Source: Octopus vulgaris
Lineage: Eukaryota
Length of the DNA stretch: 64,000 nucleotides
NCBI GenBank assembly: GCA_951406725.2
Contig: OX597824.1
Location: 98,580,001 to 98,644,000, forward strand
Reading direction: 5' to 3'
The notes below the pieces were generated by a model that made no database searches, was not told where the DNA came from, and saw only the letters and a list, made by a program, of their open reading frames with translations. Below, one piece after another: positions 27,586 through 41,713 of this stretch. The position numbers were made by a program, and so were the translations under genes. The stretch's first letter is position 1, and the number at the start of each line of letters is the position of its first letter.

Positions 27586-28363
27586 ACCTGTGTGAATTTT
27601 CCGAGTGTTCCTCAATAGTACTTCTGTGCAGTGCAATTTTTGAATCTTCTATATACATATATTCGTAAATTTACTGCGCTGGATAGAATATTCTTGCATC
27701 CTATTCGACGTTACGAGTTCAAATCCATCAGGAGCCAAGTTCTCTTCATCTTCTCGGAACTGGTATATGAAATATGAGTCCAAGGGGATGGATCAATGGG
27801 ATATATATAAAAATCATCCATTCACAGGAGCCTTACCTCACCAACCATCGAAGCATGTTTATACAAAAACAATTCATTTACATATGCATATACATACTTA
27901 TACATACATATACGCGTGCATTGCCTTCACCCACCTACAGAAACGCATTATCATACACACCTGAGTGTATATAAAAATCTTTAAAATTCAATAACTAAAA
28001 ACATAGACATACACATAAATATAGAGTGATATATGCATACAGACGTGTAAACAAGCATATCTGTGCAGTCTTATGCAAACACATGTCTGTGCATGTATGT
28101 GTGCATGTGCTTATATATGTATGTCTATGAATGTTGATATACGATATATGTGAGTGTATTTTTGTATACATACACACTCATACAGATAAAACAGATATAA
28201 CACAGATTCGTGCATTTAGACGCAACCACTCTATACTTGCACAATCTGCAAAAACTGCCATACATGTATATATTTTATGTATATGTGTGTGTGTGTGTAT
28301 GTATATATAAATATAAATATATATATTTATAATAAGTGTAGGTCGTATACGAGTCGGTATATC

Positions 28364-28834
28364 TTTATAAAAAAGAAGTTTGAAAACGCCACTATATAAG
28401 ATAAATTTCAATTTTCTTAGAAATTTTACATGTTTCGGATCTTCTTGAAAAAACGAACCTTATCAAAAATATTTTTAAAAGTTAAGTGTAATAAAAAAGT
28501 TCATAATTGAAATGGCAGAAGCAGCAGTGACTACAGAAGCAGCAGTGACTACAGAAGCAGCAGTCACTGCTGCTTCTGCCATTTCAGCCACTGGTCATTT
28601 CTAAATTTTATTCGAACACATAAGACAGCTATTATGCTTACTCCCCACAAAAAACCACCACGTGGATTCTGTTGAGATCAGTAAGAAACAATTATGAACT
28701 TTTTTATTACACTTAACTTTTTTAAATATTTTTGATAAGGTTCGTTTTTTCAAGAAGAACCGAAACATGTAAAATTTCTAAGAAAATTAAAATTTATCTT
28801 ATATAGTGGCGTTTTCAAACTTCTTTTTTATAAA
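28364..28834. mobile_element. Foldback/MITE-like element with 146-bp terminal inverted repeats and a nested hairpin
   Basis: Arms 28364-28509 and 28689-28834 are near-perfect reverse complements. An inner 25-bp inverted repeat (28508-28532 / 28562-28586) is built on ~3 copies of an 18-bp unit, ACAGAAGCAGCAGTGACT. Confidence 0.8.
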
Positions 28835-29005
28835 TATATATATATATACACACACACACACGTATATATATACATATATATACATATACATATATATCTA
28901 TGTATACATATATACATATATATATATTTACATATATATATATATAGGCACACACACGCATATATACATATATATACATATATATAAATATATAAATATA
29001 TATAA

Positions 29006-29062
<57 letters not shown>

Positions 29063-30146
29063 GGTGTACATACAAACATATATGCCTTCCCAATCTTCAC
29101 ATGTAGCTATATATGTATCTATTTGTGTGTAGTGTGTGTGTGTGTGTGTGTGTAATGTGTGTGTGTGTGTGTGTGTGTGTGTACATGTATAAATTCCTGA
29201 ATGTACGTAGATACACGCATGGATGCACTCTCACAAGTAAATTTTTATGTAGACATCCACGCATGCGACTTGACGGTCGCATCTCCACAGTGAAACCAAC
29301 AAACAAGTGGTGTATGGGAAATCTGTGCAAACCTATATCTCTACGCATGGGAACATTGGGCATATTGCAGTAGATGTGCACCAGCGCGTGAACAGCAGAT
29401 ACACAAAGTACAAAATACGGAAACACAAATGGATAAAAAAAAAAAGATGTTTAAAAATATGGAAGTGTAAAAGTACAGATTATGGTAATCCCAACATACG
29501 GATGTTGACACAGTTCTATAAAGATTTGTATGCGGAAAATGCATGGATATGTGAATATAAAACCATTTCATTGATTAATTACTGAATTCATGTATAGTGA
29601 GTGTATAAAAATATTATACATTCGTACATACATATGTACATACATACATACATACATACATACATACATACATACATACATACACATTTGTGTAGTTGAA
29701 TAAAATTTGGATTAAACCCTCATAATATGCTATGCAAAGCTCATCCATAGTTATTGGCAACCAGATGTCATCATATAGTTGGAATGCTCTTGTCACTGGA
29801 TATGCATCTGGAATTCCATGGCATCCGTTGAGTTTACACAAAGAGATCGATAAGAGAAAACAGATTGAACAATGTTCTTTATTTCAAATCCCAACAATTG
29901 TTTCCATGTATCATTAGTCTCGTAATCCATTGGTGAGATGATATAATTAACATGTTGCACAATCACTGTCATCCATTAAAGGTGGAACATGTGGTTTGTC
30001 TGGTGGTGGTTTTGAAGACTCTCACCTGTGTACAAAAGCTGTAACGACCTGTAAAAGTAATTGTAGCAACAGGATATAAAGGATTTCGTTCAATCCATTT
30101 CCTTTTATTCATCTCTCTCCCCCACTCTCTTTCTCCCTCTTCCCTG

Positions 30147-30256
<110 letters not shown>

Positions 30257-30292
30257 ATATATATATATATGAAATATAAATGTATACATATT

Positions 30293-30391
<99 letters not shown>

Positions 30392-31012
30392 CAAATTCTA
30401 TTAGAGATTTTGTTAACCTCACGAAGGGATGGTTTAATCTAAGGAAATACTGGTTCAACCTGTAAACCCCTCGCCCGCCTGCTATAATGAATCCATAAAC
30501 ACACACAGAACATCTAAGGGTATGTTTTTTCCCTCTGAAGATATTATGCTCAGGACATATGAATTTAATATTTAATTAATATTCACTGAGTATTAATTGA
30601 AACAGCTGTAAGGGATGATGATTGATTTGTTGTTAATAATAAACAATTATTAACTTCCCAATCTTTTTGCCTTGATAAAAACATTTTGGAATATCTTTTT
30701 ATTCTCTGTTGGGTCTCATTTTTGATTCTTTCATTCTTTCATCATTCCATTTAACACTTCTTCGAAACCTGGCGCTCTGTTGGCGGCAAAAAAAATGCAA
30801 AATTTAAATTTGAATTGTTTTATCTATTTGTAATTCTACCTTTAATATAAAATATTTTCAGTTTAAATAAAAATATATTTTTTTAAAGAATTAGGATGTT
30901 CTCAAGCTTTATCTCTATTTCCATTTTCGGAATCTACCTAATTAAAAATCAGGTAGATTACTGAAATTTAGATTGTCATTCTCAAGGAAGACCTATATAT
31001 AAATTTTTAATA

Positions 31013-31190
31013 CTGGTTTCAAATTTTGGCACAAGGCCAGAAATTTCGGGGAGACGATATAATCGACCCCAATGTTTAACAGGTACTTATTTTATCGACC
31101 CCAAACAGATGAAAGGTAAAGTCCACCTCAGACCGTAAAATTGGACGAAATGCCAAGCATTTTGCCCGACGCGGTAAAGATTCTGCCGTT
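31013..31190 (-). mobile_element. SINE
   Basis: GGTTTCAAATTTTGGCACAAGGCCAG...GGTACTTATTTTATCGACCCC; same family as 51799-51985. Confidence 0.75.
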
Positions 31191-32155
31191 AATTGACTAA
31201 AAAAAAACATTTATTTTAAAAATAATATTTTATTTCATATTCCAAAAACTCGGTTTATATATATGTTACATTATTTACATTTACTCGGACGACTTCTCCC
31301 TTAACAATGCTCCCAGTCAATGTTCTGTATTCATCGTTATGATGCCTGTCTGTTTGTCTGATTGTAAGGGCTGAATTCCATTTGATCTACAAAGATTGCC
31401 GGCTTCGTTCGATCCCCACACCTCTTCTACTGCCAGTAACAACATATAAATGTCTGTGGATAAACACTAGAATCGCAAGACACAATCTATGTCTCTTTAA
31501 ACTTGGTTCTTCAACCTTATTTATCGTCATAACAACAGAAGTCCTTATATGGAATTTGAAATCTGTTTCGAGAGAATGATAAATTGGTACCAAACGATTA
31601 AAGTGATACCCGAGGAATCATTGGCACCCTTCCAATATTAATATTTCTAAATTCTCAGTAATGCTGAGGATTTTGTACCAAGCACCCTTGTAGCGACCAT
31701 TTTTGGGGTCTACATTACTGGAGTTTCTGTCTTAACATGGATGACCTAAGAAGGGAGACCATTTTATATTTAATGTTAAAATTCTGAAGGATAATGAACG
31801 ACTTGATTTTCTTCAAGTTGTTCCTTATCAAATTGACGTTTCTGAATCTAACCACATTTCCAGGAAGTTGATTTGTAATTCCGTCGCTTAGTTGATAAAC
31901 CTCATCGTTTTTTAAATTTTTTTGTCGTAAAAATAGCTCTTGAAGAAATTCGTTGTTTATTTTCGTCGTGTGGTGCTTAAGTCATCGTAGACAAACAGAA
32001 GCAAATGTTCTTCTAGTTTTACAGTCAGAAAAGTCCAAATCCCAAAGGTATCTGGGAAAGTTGTGTCGGTATTAAAAATATTTGGGATCCTTCCTTCACT
32101 CGGTTCCACTAACCAATTTCCAAGGTGGTATAGCCGATTACATACAGCAAAATTA

Positions 32156-32219
<64 letters not shown>

Positions 32220-32238
32220 TAATAATAATAATAATAAT

Positions 32239-32271
<33 letters not shown>

Positions 32272-34059
32272 ACTGCTGCTGCTGCTGCTGCTGCTGTTGT
32301 TGTTGTTGTTGTTGTTGTTGTATTACTCTATGATGCAGAAAATCTTCAGAAATTTTGTCGTGAAACCCGTTGCTTAAATTTAGAGGTTCAAATAAAGAAC
32401 AAAAATCAAGAATTATAAGGAATTTACATTTCTGAGCTGATCTGCAGACCGTTTCATTACTGGATCCTTTCATTTGGCATTTGGCATTTTCGGTCGTTTT
32501 CAATGGAATTTAGTGCTTGACAAAACATATTCAAATGTTTCTCAGGTTTTCTTGTTTCCTTTCTAGTGAGATTGTAGAACGGTTTGGGCTGTGGGTTGGT
32601 GAAACAGGAAGAACTGTGGACTAACAGCATTTGTTCCGTCTTTTTCTCATCTGAGTTCAAATACCGTTGCAGACTTAATCCATCACCCACCACTATGATA
32701 CCCCACTCGGAACTTCAGTGCTAGGTGGTGGTGTTATGGGAATTACCTCCCATTCTTTCCAAGAGAGAAAAAATACTACCTGAAATTCGTTTTGATCAGA
32801 GCGTGTGACACACGGACAGAGAAACCTGTTTCGTATTATAATACAGATTTAAAAGATTTAGTAGATATTTCAGACGTGTTCTATTTATAATAGTTTTTCA
32901 CTTAGTTTTCTGCTAACATTCGAATCAAGTATTCCCTTCGGTATCAAAGACTAAAAATTTCCTGACGTCTCGTTTCCTTATTTATTTCGTTTCTCCTAAT
33001 CAAATGTGACGTGTTCCTACTTTTAATGGATGAATTAATTAATGCCATCTATATATCTACACTTCCTCCATGACATATCTTTACTTTAATATGGCGTATC
33101 TTTTATGTTTTTGGTATATTCTTTCAGCAGTCTATACTTCTTTCGTGGTGTTGTTCGACTGTTCATCAATTTTCATTCAAATTCCGATCTTTCAACCACT
33201 AAAACAACTCAAGCTTCATTGGAAGAATTCAATTCAGTGAAAGCAGACGATTGTGATGTATTGTTTTGCTAAACATCGCTGAATATCTGTTCCATGACTT
33301 GCTTTCGTTATATTTATATATTTAACTATGTGATTATATTTCTGCTGATATATCTAAGTACGTGTCGTGATTTGTGATCAACGAACTTTGTATGTGCTTT
33401 TATGTTAATATATAAGGTCCGCCATTTTCTTATTGTCATTTAGTTATCATCATTAATAAATCAATTAATTATTGATAGTTAATTGATTGTTACTGTTGTT
33501 TTCAAATAATAGCTTCTACGTCCAAACGAAAACATTAACACCATATCATGTATTTACATATTAACACCAGTTTTCTAACCTCTACATAACCTGTCCCTGC
33601 CAATTTGGATTTATATCAAGCGTTTCCCATACGTTTCTTAATTGTAAATCGTCCGTCTATGATATGTCTATTCCTCTTATGCATACAATACTTTGTCATG
33701 GTAAATTTTATAAACACATGAATGACCATACTTCGTTGAGGAGGTTTAATAAGACTGAAATCTGCCTAGCGTTATTTCCCCCTTGTTTGCCTACGATCAT
33801 ACTTCGTTGAGATATGGAATTGCTTATCCTGCTTCTTTTGTATATATTCAAGCTGTAACCGTGTGTTTACCTCTCCTCAATTCAAGATCGGTTTGGATTA
33901 TTTAAAGATCTCTTAACACATCATGTTAGCTTCTATTTTACATTAGGGTCAGGTCGTGGAAATGTAGATTATTACATGGAGATTATGTTGATATGTAGAA
34001 AGATTTTTTTTTCTTCTTCCGCTGTCCGCCAGAGGTCGACGCTGACTTTTTTGTTCAAT

Positions 34060-34545
34060 TATCATCCGTGGCAGACTCGCATGTCGGCTACAACGTCTGA
34101 TCTTGATCTGCAACAACACTGACATCTTCTGCAAATGAAGCAGCTTGACACAACAGAGAAGTGACGTCTCTAATGTGCTTTTTCGTATTCTCTCCGTTGT
34201 TTCTCCTAAGCGGTTGGAATAGCGAGATCGAGGGCCCGGTACCATTCACTGGACTGCAGAGCTCCTCTTAGGTGTAAGGAGAGATGCCAGAGTCCGTCAT
34301 GTGTCTCTTCTGCACATCCCTGTATAGCAAACTCAAGCCACCACGGTTCTACGGTCCTAACACAGTTCCAACTCCCTTTGAGTGCCTTCCCTCCTCTAAC
34401 TTGCGCATGAATCCCGTCCAGCGCATCTGCGATGAAGCAATGAAGGCCTCCACATTAACTGCGCCAGTGCGGCGCAGGGCATCTACATTAGGAATATAAT
34501 CCTGCAACCTGGTATGCAAGATTGAGCGCAGATAATGAAGTTTTG
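34060..34545 (-). mobile_element. RTE-clade LINE 3' ORF remnant
   Basis: Minus-strand translation LHYLRSILHTRLQDYIPNVDALRRTG...SQMRWTGFMRKLEEGRHSK...GGLSLLYRDVQKRHM matches the RTE/BovB C-terminus pattern (CLRxIL..W.D...LRWxGHV.RM). Confidence 0.7.
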
Positions 34546-34670
34546 GTGTGTTTGTGGAAGAGAGTCACATTCCGTGGGGTGAAGGAGACAAGGGAGCATT
34601 GCGGCACTGTGCCCCTTTATCTCCAAGATGTCATATTGTGAGATAGATAGATAGATAGATTGATTGATTG

Positions 34671-34724
<54 letters not shown>

Positions 34725-37397
34725 GCCGACATATTTGATAGAGGCGGTCTTTATTCTAAAGATTCTCATATTTATTTATTTTTATTTTTATTTTCATTAT
34801 TCTCTTTGAAGATGGAATCGGTAAATTACCGGATTGAAGGATCACTTAACAATACTTTTGTGTTTATCGATTTTTTCTAATGTCTCTGTTCGGGCGAGGG
34901 GTGGGGGGATGTACATCACCGATGACCATATTTAATATCTCCAAGACTGGTGTGGAAGAGGAGTGAAGTGATTTTCAGACTGAAGAATTATCCAGGGTGG
35001 ACACTGCTAAAGAGTGGACGTTAAGCTGGTTGGCGGGTATGTTAAATATTTTATGGGTATATATATTAGATATTTTATAGGTATATATCATACTGACTTT
35101 TATCGGTACATGGTAAATACATTATGGGGTAACGGTAAATAATTCAACCGGAAATCTTCTGAGGATTCCAGAATGTTCCAAACACATTTTGGATAAATTG
35201 TTTTTCATTGTTTATATTCTGTTGTTGTTGTTGTTGCTGTTGCTGTTGTTAATGCTATGCTTCCTGTGGTTGTCGTTGTTCTTGTTGTTGTCTCTTCAAT
35301 TGATATTTTCTTACAGTTCTTATATTTTTCCTCGATATTCTTCGCTGCTGTTGTTTTCGCCATCTTTTTAACCCACGTCGCTTCCTTATTTCGTTTTTCT
35401 TCCTTTGCTTGTCAACTTATCTTCTTAATATCTTCTCACGATTATCTTCACAGATATTCCTTTACAATGTTAATTTAGTTTTATTTAATTTTCTAGGGTA
35501 TCTTCTGACATTTCTTCCAAATATTTCATTGTATTTATCGAACCATTCACTTATATCTGCATATTTCCAAAGCACACACACTTTGCTAAGAGATCACAAC
35601 ACCTTGACCAACTTCCCAGATTTTCAATCATAGGCAAGGCTGCCCATAGAATCTTGTTCCATTCTTTACTGTTCTATTTTAGTGTTCTTCCTGTATTCTG
35701 TCTGATTATTAATCTCTGCACGTGGTCAGCTATCATAGGGGAGACAATCCATTCTAGATTTAAGCGGTTTGGGAAGTTTGAATTTTAAATGAAATAATAA
35801 AGGTGAACAAAATATTTAATATTCTTTTTTCTTCATACACATTATAAAAGTATTTCCAGTCGAATGGTAGCTTTGTATGATGCCGTTTCATCCCTATTTG
35901 GAATCGTTTCGGGCCGGTTACCCGGACCAAAGCCACACTTTCTCTCTCTAAGAGTTCCTGTCTCTCACTATCTTCGAGGTTCATATATAAATATACTTTT
36001 TGCTGTTGTTTTGTACTCGACTGACGCTTTGTTCTGAAGCAAATGAATATGGAGTTCTAACACTAGGTTATTAGTATAGCTATGCCTTAGCAAAATACTA
36101 ATATTTATAGGTAATCTGTTGTATCCAACCTTTACATTGCACATCGACCAGTCTTTCTTGTAGTTTGTGACAATATAGTTCAGCAATAGACAATGCGAGA
36201 GGCTTAATTGCTCTATCTTAAAATGGGAGCCATATTTTATTTTTATTTTGTCTAAGATATATTTTATTGTAGTTTAAAGTGAAAGTAGAATATATACTGC
36301 GTGAGTTCTGTTTCTTGTGGAACTCTTCATATATTGCCTAAGGGACCTAATTATTAGAGTCGACTTTCGCCTTCCGCTTTCCGCGCTTTAATAAAATGGA
36401 TGCCACTCATGTACTGGAGTTCATTTATTGCCTGGCTTTGAGTTCATATAAGAAATTATTTTCACTACTACTGCTGCTGCTACTACTACCGTCCTGTTCC
36501 GTAATGTTTTCCATTCACTCTTCAAGTGCTAGATTTTATGAGAACAATCGTATGGAGTAATGTAACCTTCTGAAGAGATTCTCATACAGGAAGTTTCCGA
36601 AGCGTTTAGACGTCTTCTCTTAAAGGATTCGAGAGAAAAAATAAGGTTTGCTTTTTTGAGAATTTTTTACTTGTCTGCACACACGTAAAAAAGGTTTTCG
36701 AACAAAAGTAAAAGGCTGGGCTTGAACATAGAACGAATCTTGTGAGACACGGAGGCATGGTTGTGGAATGTCACAAAGGGGTGCATCGCTTTGCCTGAAG
36801 AATTTGTCCAAGAATGAGCAGTGAGAAAAATAATATACGTCTACCTCGCGAAAAGCTGACAGGTCTTAAAGGAGTAACAAAAGATGGGGAGCCTAACACT
36901 TATGTGGAGAAAAGGGTTGTCCATCAATGGAGGCAAGTCATACAGAAGTATCTGCCTTGTTGGAAAGATCGAAAACGAAGTCGACAGACGAGTAGAAAAG
37001 AAACACAGGAGAGGAGACGGAAAAGTTTCTGGCGATGGAGAAAGGAAAATACAGGAAGATCGGTTGATTATGATTTTATTCAATATAGTTTCCTCTCTAA
37101 GATTCACACCATTATTGCATTTATTGCAGCAGTCCTTCAGTCCAGGAGCTTTTTTAGCAGCCCCTCGTACATGGACGTATGCAAGTGTTTTACGTTTGTG
37201 TGTGGAGGGGTGTTTCAGTCATTGGACGGTGGCCATTCTGGGACGCCGCCTTCTAGAATATTTAATCGAATGAATTGACCTCAGTACTTATTTTTTAAAG
37301 CTAGATACTTATTCTATCGGTCTGTTTTGTCGAACCGCTAAGTTACGGGCACATAAGCACACCACCAACACCGGTTGTCAAGCTGTGAGGAATGACA

Positions 37398-37685
<288 letters not shown>

Positions 37686-37864
37686 CACAAACACACACAG
37701 AGTTGAATAAAATCTGTAGATGCTCATGGACCAAGTAACCACTATATACAGAAATAGGTTTTCTAAAAATTCAACCTAAACTGTTTATCGATTTTTGGTA
37801 AAACGGACTTTACCATTGAACGAGAATACTTGAATGTATTTTATATCGTTGAACGAGATGACGT

Positions 37865-37922
37865 CTAGCTCACTGATGAGATCGTTCACTCAATCGAAAC
37901 CTTCTAAGGTCTTACATGCCAG
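37865..37922 (+). ncRNA. Type I hammerhead-like motif with canonical core and GUC site; stem I degenerate
   Basis: CTGATGA 37873-79; stem II GATCG(TTCACT)CAATC; GAAA 37896-99; stem III ACCTT(CT)AAGGT; C17 at 37911. Confidence 0.6.
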
Positions 37923-37954
37923 TTATATGCTTATGTATGCATATACTTATATAT

Positions 37955-38011
<57 letters not shown>

Positions 38012-38101
38012 TACATATATACATATATACATATACATATATGCATGTATACACTAACATATATATATATAAATACATATATATACTTTTGTGTATGTAT
38101 G

Positions 38102-38176
<75 letters not shown>

Positions 38177-38407
38177 GCATACATATATGCATATACATAT
38201 ATATATATATATACATACATACATACATACATAGATACACACATGTGAAGCGGGTGAACATCTTGGAATAGTGTAGTTACTGGTGTACTTCAGTTTCTCA
38301 TTTCCACAAATCTGTATAAAGTTGTTTATTTATTATTTATTTTGGGTGAGAAGGAAATGCTTCTGCGTGAATTCAGAATGGAACATTAGAGAATCTTCAG
38401 TTTGGTA

Positions 38408-38430
38408 TACATACATACATACACACATAC

Positions 38431-38474
<44 letters not shown>

Positions 38475-39289
38475 GTATGTATGTATGTATGTGTGTGTGT
38501 ATGTATGTGTGTGTATGTATGTATGTATGTATGTATGTATGTATGTATGTATGTATGTATGTATGTATGTATGTATGCATGCATGTATGTATGCATGTAT
38601 GTATGTGTGTATGTATGTATGTATGTATGTATGTATGTATGTATGTATGCATGCATGTATGTATGCATGTATGTATGTGTGTATGTATGTATGTATGTAT
38701 GTATGTATGTATGTATGTATGTTTGTATGTATGTATGTATGTATGCATGTAGGTATGTATGTATGTATGTATGCATGCATGTATGTATGTATGTATGTAT
38801 GTGTGTGTATGTATGTATGTATGTATGTATGTATGTATGTATGTATGTATGTATGTATGTATGTATGTATGCATGCATGTATGTATGTATGTATGTATGT
38901 ATGTATGTGTGTATGTATGTATGTATGTATGTATGTATGTATGTATGTATGCATGCATGTATGTATGTATGTATGTATGTATGTATGTATGTATGTATGT
39001 ATGTATGTATGTATGTATGTATGTATGTATGTATGTATGTATGTATGTATGTATGTATGTATGTATGTATGTATGTATGTATGCATATATGTATGTATGT
39101 ATGTATGTGTGTATGTATGTATGTATGTATGTATGTATGTATGTATGTATGTATGCATGCATGTATGTATGTATGTATGTGTGTATGTATGTATGTATGT
39201 ATGTATGTGTGTATGTATGTATGTATTTATGTATGTATGTATGTATGTATGTATGTATGTATGTATGTATGTATGTGTGTATGTGTGTG

Positions 39290-39321
<32 letters not shown>

Positions 39322-39385
39322 TGTATGTATGTATGCATGTATGTATGTATGTATGTATGTATGTATGTATGTATGTATGTATGCA
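38408..39385. repeat. ~1-kb (TACA)n-(TA)n-(TATG)n microsatellite flanked by 21-bp inverted repeats
   Basis: AGAGAATCTTCAGTTTGGTAT at 38388-38408 is the exact reverse complement of 39385-39405. Confidence 0.92.
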
Positions 39386-39399
39386 TACCAAACTGAAGA

Positions 39400-39650
39400 T
39401 TCTCTGTAACCCTTTACTGCTTCAGACATCATAGCAGCAATGAATGAGATCAAATACTTTCTGTTGTAGGCCCTGATAGATTCCCCTCTAGTCTCCTGGA
39501 AGAATGGAAACATCAATTTTCAGTCCCTCTAACCAACCTCTGCAGAAAGTCTTTAGACTCAGGTTATATACCGAAGCAGCTCTTATCCCAGTCTGTCATC
39601 CCGGTCTTCAAACAGGGAAACAGATCCCTCACAGTCAACTATTGACTAAC
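39400..39650 (+). mobile_element. CR1/L2-group LINE RT fragment
   Basis: FTASDIIAAMNEIK...GPDRFPSSLLEEWK...LDSGYIPKQLLSQSVIPVFKQGNRSLTVNY aligns by eye with DITLAIDEID...GPDGFPAILLK...VICPIHKGGSRADAKNY of the 1.5-4.5 kb LINE. Confidence 0.7.
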
Positions 39651-40266
39651 AACAGCAACAAATCATAAAAAGTACTCAGAACTTGGTTTGTTTTCATCCC
39701 CATAATATTGCGGTTCGGTTTAAGAGACCAATAGAATATGTATAGGCTTACTATCCGTTCGATTTAAAGCTCTTCAATGCCCCAGCATGGCCACTGTCTA
39801 GTACCTGAAGCAAGTAAAAATAAAAATATTTGTGAAGGATTGCATCGTTAAAAACTCGACTCTGTTCAAGGTTTCTCAACTCTTTTTATAGCCGACACTT
39901 TCCTCTTTTCTTTTCAACTTTTTATACTTGATTCGTTATTATCAATATCCTAAATCCATATCCAAAGTTTCTACACCTTCACAGTCCCAATTTCAAGAAC
40001 TGAATTGAATATATTTGGCGTCTGCCTTATATCTTATACACAGATTGAATTACGCCAAAAGGAAAAGTCTGAACAGTTTATATGAATCGCTGTTTCCCAT
40101 AGATATATATATATATATATATGAACGTGTTTCAATTCTTGACTCTATTGATTCAACGTTGCTTCTTGCACCGAGTAATTTTTGTATCCAGTCGTCTGCT
40201 TTCATTTTGTCTTTTGTCTTTCATCTTAAGTCTTTGTTCCACATACAAGTGATGCATATATGTATG

Positions 40267-40318
<52 letters not shown>

Positions 40319-40329
40319 TACATATATGC

Positions 40330-40360
<31 letters not shown>

Positions 40361-40363
40361 TGC

Positions 40364-40445
<82 letters not shown>

Positions 40446-40528
40446 CATCTGTTTGTTTTGTACACCACCTGTCTTCGTCTTTTATACGTTTTACTTTTAT
40501 TTTATATATATATATATATTAAACTCTC

Positions 40529-40679
<151 letters not shown>

Positions 40680-40708
40680 TATGTATATACATATATACAT
40701 ATGTATAG

Positions 40709-40878
40709 CCGCAGGCGTTGCAATGTGATAAGAAGTTTACTTCCCGATCCCACGGTTCTGGGTTCAGTCCCACTGCGTGACACTTAGGCTGAGTGTCTTC
40801 TACTGTAGCCTCGATTTGACCAAAGTCTTGCGAATTGATTTGGTTTGGTATACGGAAACTGAAAGAAGCCCGTCGAAT
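40709..40878 (+). mobile_element. tRNA-derived SINE (5' half)
   Basis: CGCAGGCGT...GGGTTCAGTCCCACTGCGTG...TTTGGTATACGGAAACTGAAAGAAGCCCGTCG. Confidence 0.8.
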
Positions 40879-40903
40879 ATATATATATATATATATATAC
40901 ATA

Positions 40904-40947
<44 letters not shown>

Positions 40948-41209
40948 TGTGTGTGTGTGTGTGTTTGAAAATCTGAACAAGAATGACTTTTCTAATAATA
41001 TCTTTTTCTACTGTGATGCTTAAATGTTTACAAATCGTAACATTACCGTTTTTCTTCCACTCAACAAAGATTGCTTTATATAAAAAGGAAGAATCCTCAG
41101 ATTTGAAACTGAGTTTCTTACTAAAAGCAATTTTCAGACTGTTCTTTTTTTCAATAGAAGATTTCTTTCAATATATTCTTAGTTTCTGTCCGGGTGTTTG
41201 TAGGGATGT

Positions 41210-41622
41210 TGCAAAACTTCAGTAGTTCCGGAGACTGTTACTTAAAGGGAGGTAACTGCTTCTAGCTTCAAATATGTTGAGGAATTTATATTAAAGAGCG
41301 AAGGGCAGGCATATATTTCTATATAATTCTTTTTGTATTTTCTTCATTTCCACGAGGTAAAGTTCTTAAGGCCATTGTTGATCGTGAACAACACCATTTC
41401 GTCTTCCTTTTGGACTCATCAGCACGATATAACTCGGAACTTGAAATTAATTACACTAATTCTTCTTCTTACAGCGCAGATTAGTTCTGAGTAAAAGTTC
41501 TTCGCATAGATACAATTAATGTTTTCCCAACGGTCACATACAAAGGTTCATCTCTTACCCGGATGCATAAACGAAACTTCTAGATGCATTTCCATTTGTT
41601 ATCCGTCGGGATTATGCACATG
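41210..41622 (-). mobile_element. Penelope-like element 3' remnant
   Basis: Decayed GIY-YIG C-terminal-like words (KWKCI, NLC, LLL..N.RC) lie immediately upstream of a canonical hammerhead; adjacent to (TA)n. Confidence 0.5.
41377..41433 (-). ncRNA. Type I hammerhead ribozyme-like motif
   Basis: Minus strand reads ATCGTG-CTGATGA-GTC(CAAAAGGAA)GAC-GAAA-TGGTGTTG-T-T-CACGAT. Perfect 6-bp stem I, canonical core, triplet GUU (cut between 41387 and 41386). Confidence 0.75.

Positions 41623-41713
<91 letters not shown>

Noticed and set aside
28508-28586. Repeated 18-mers as a CRISPR-like array
   Set aside because: The units are contiguous with no spacers, there are no cas genes, and the context is eukaryotic.
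36540-37140. ORFs 36814..37278 and 36884..37273 as host exons
   Set aside because: No recognisable domain or splice context. They faintly resemble a decayed Tx1-like LINE end and run into a SINE.
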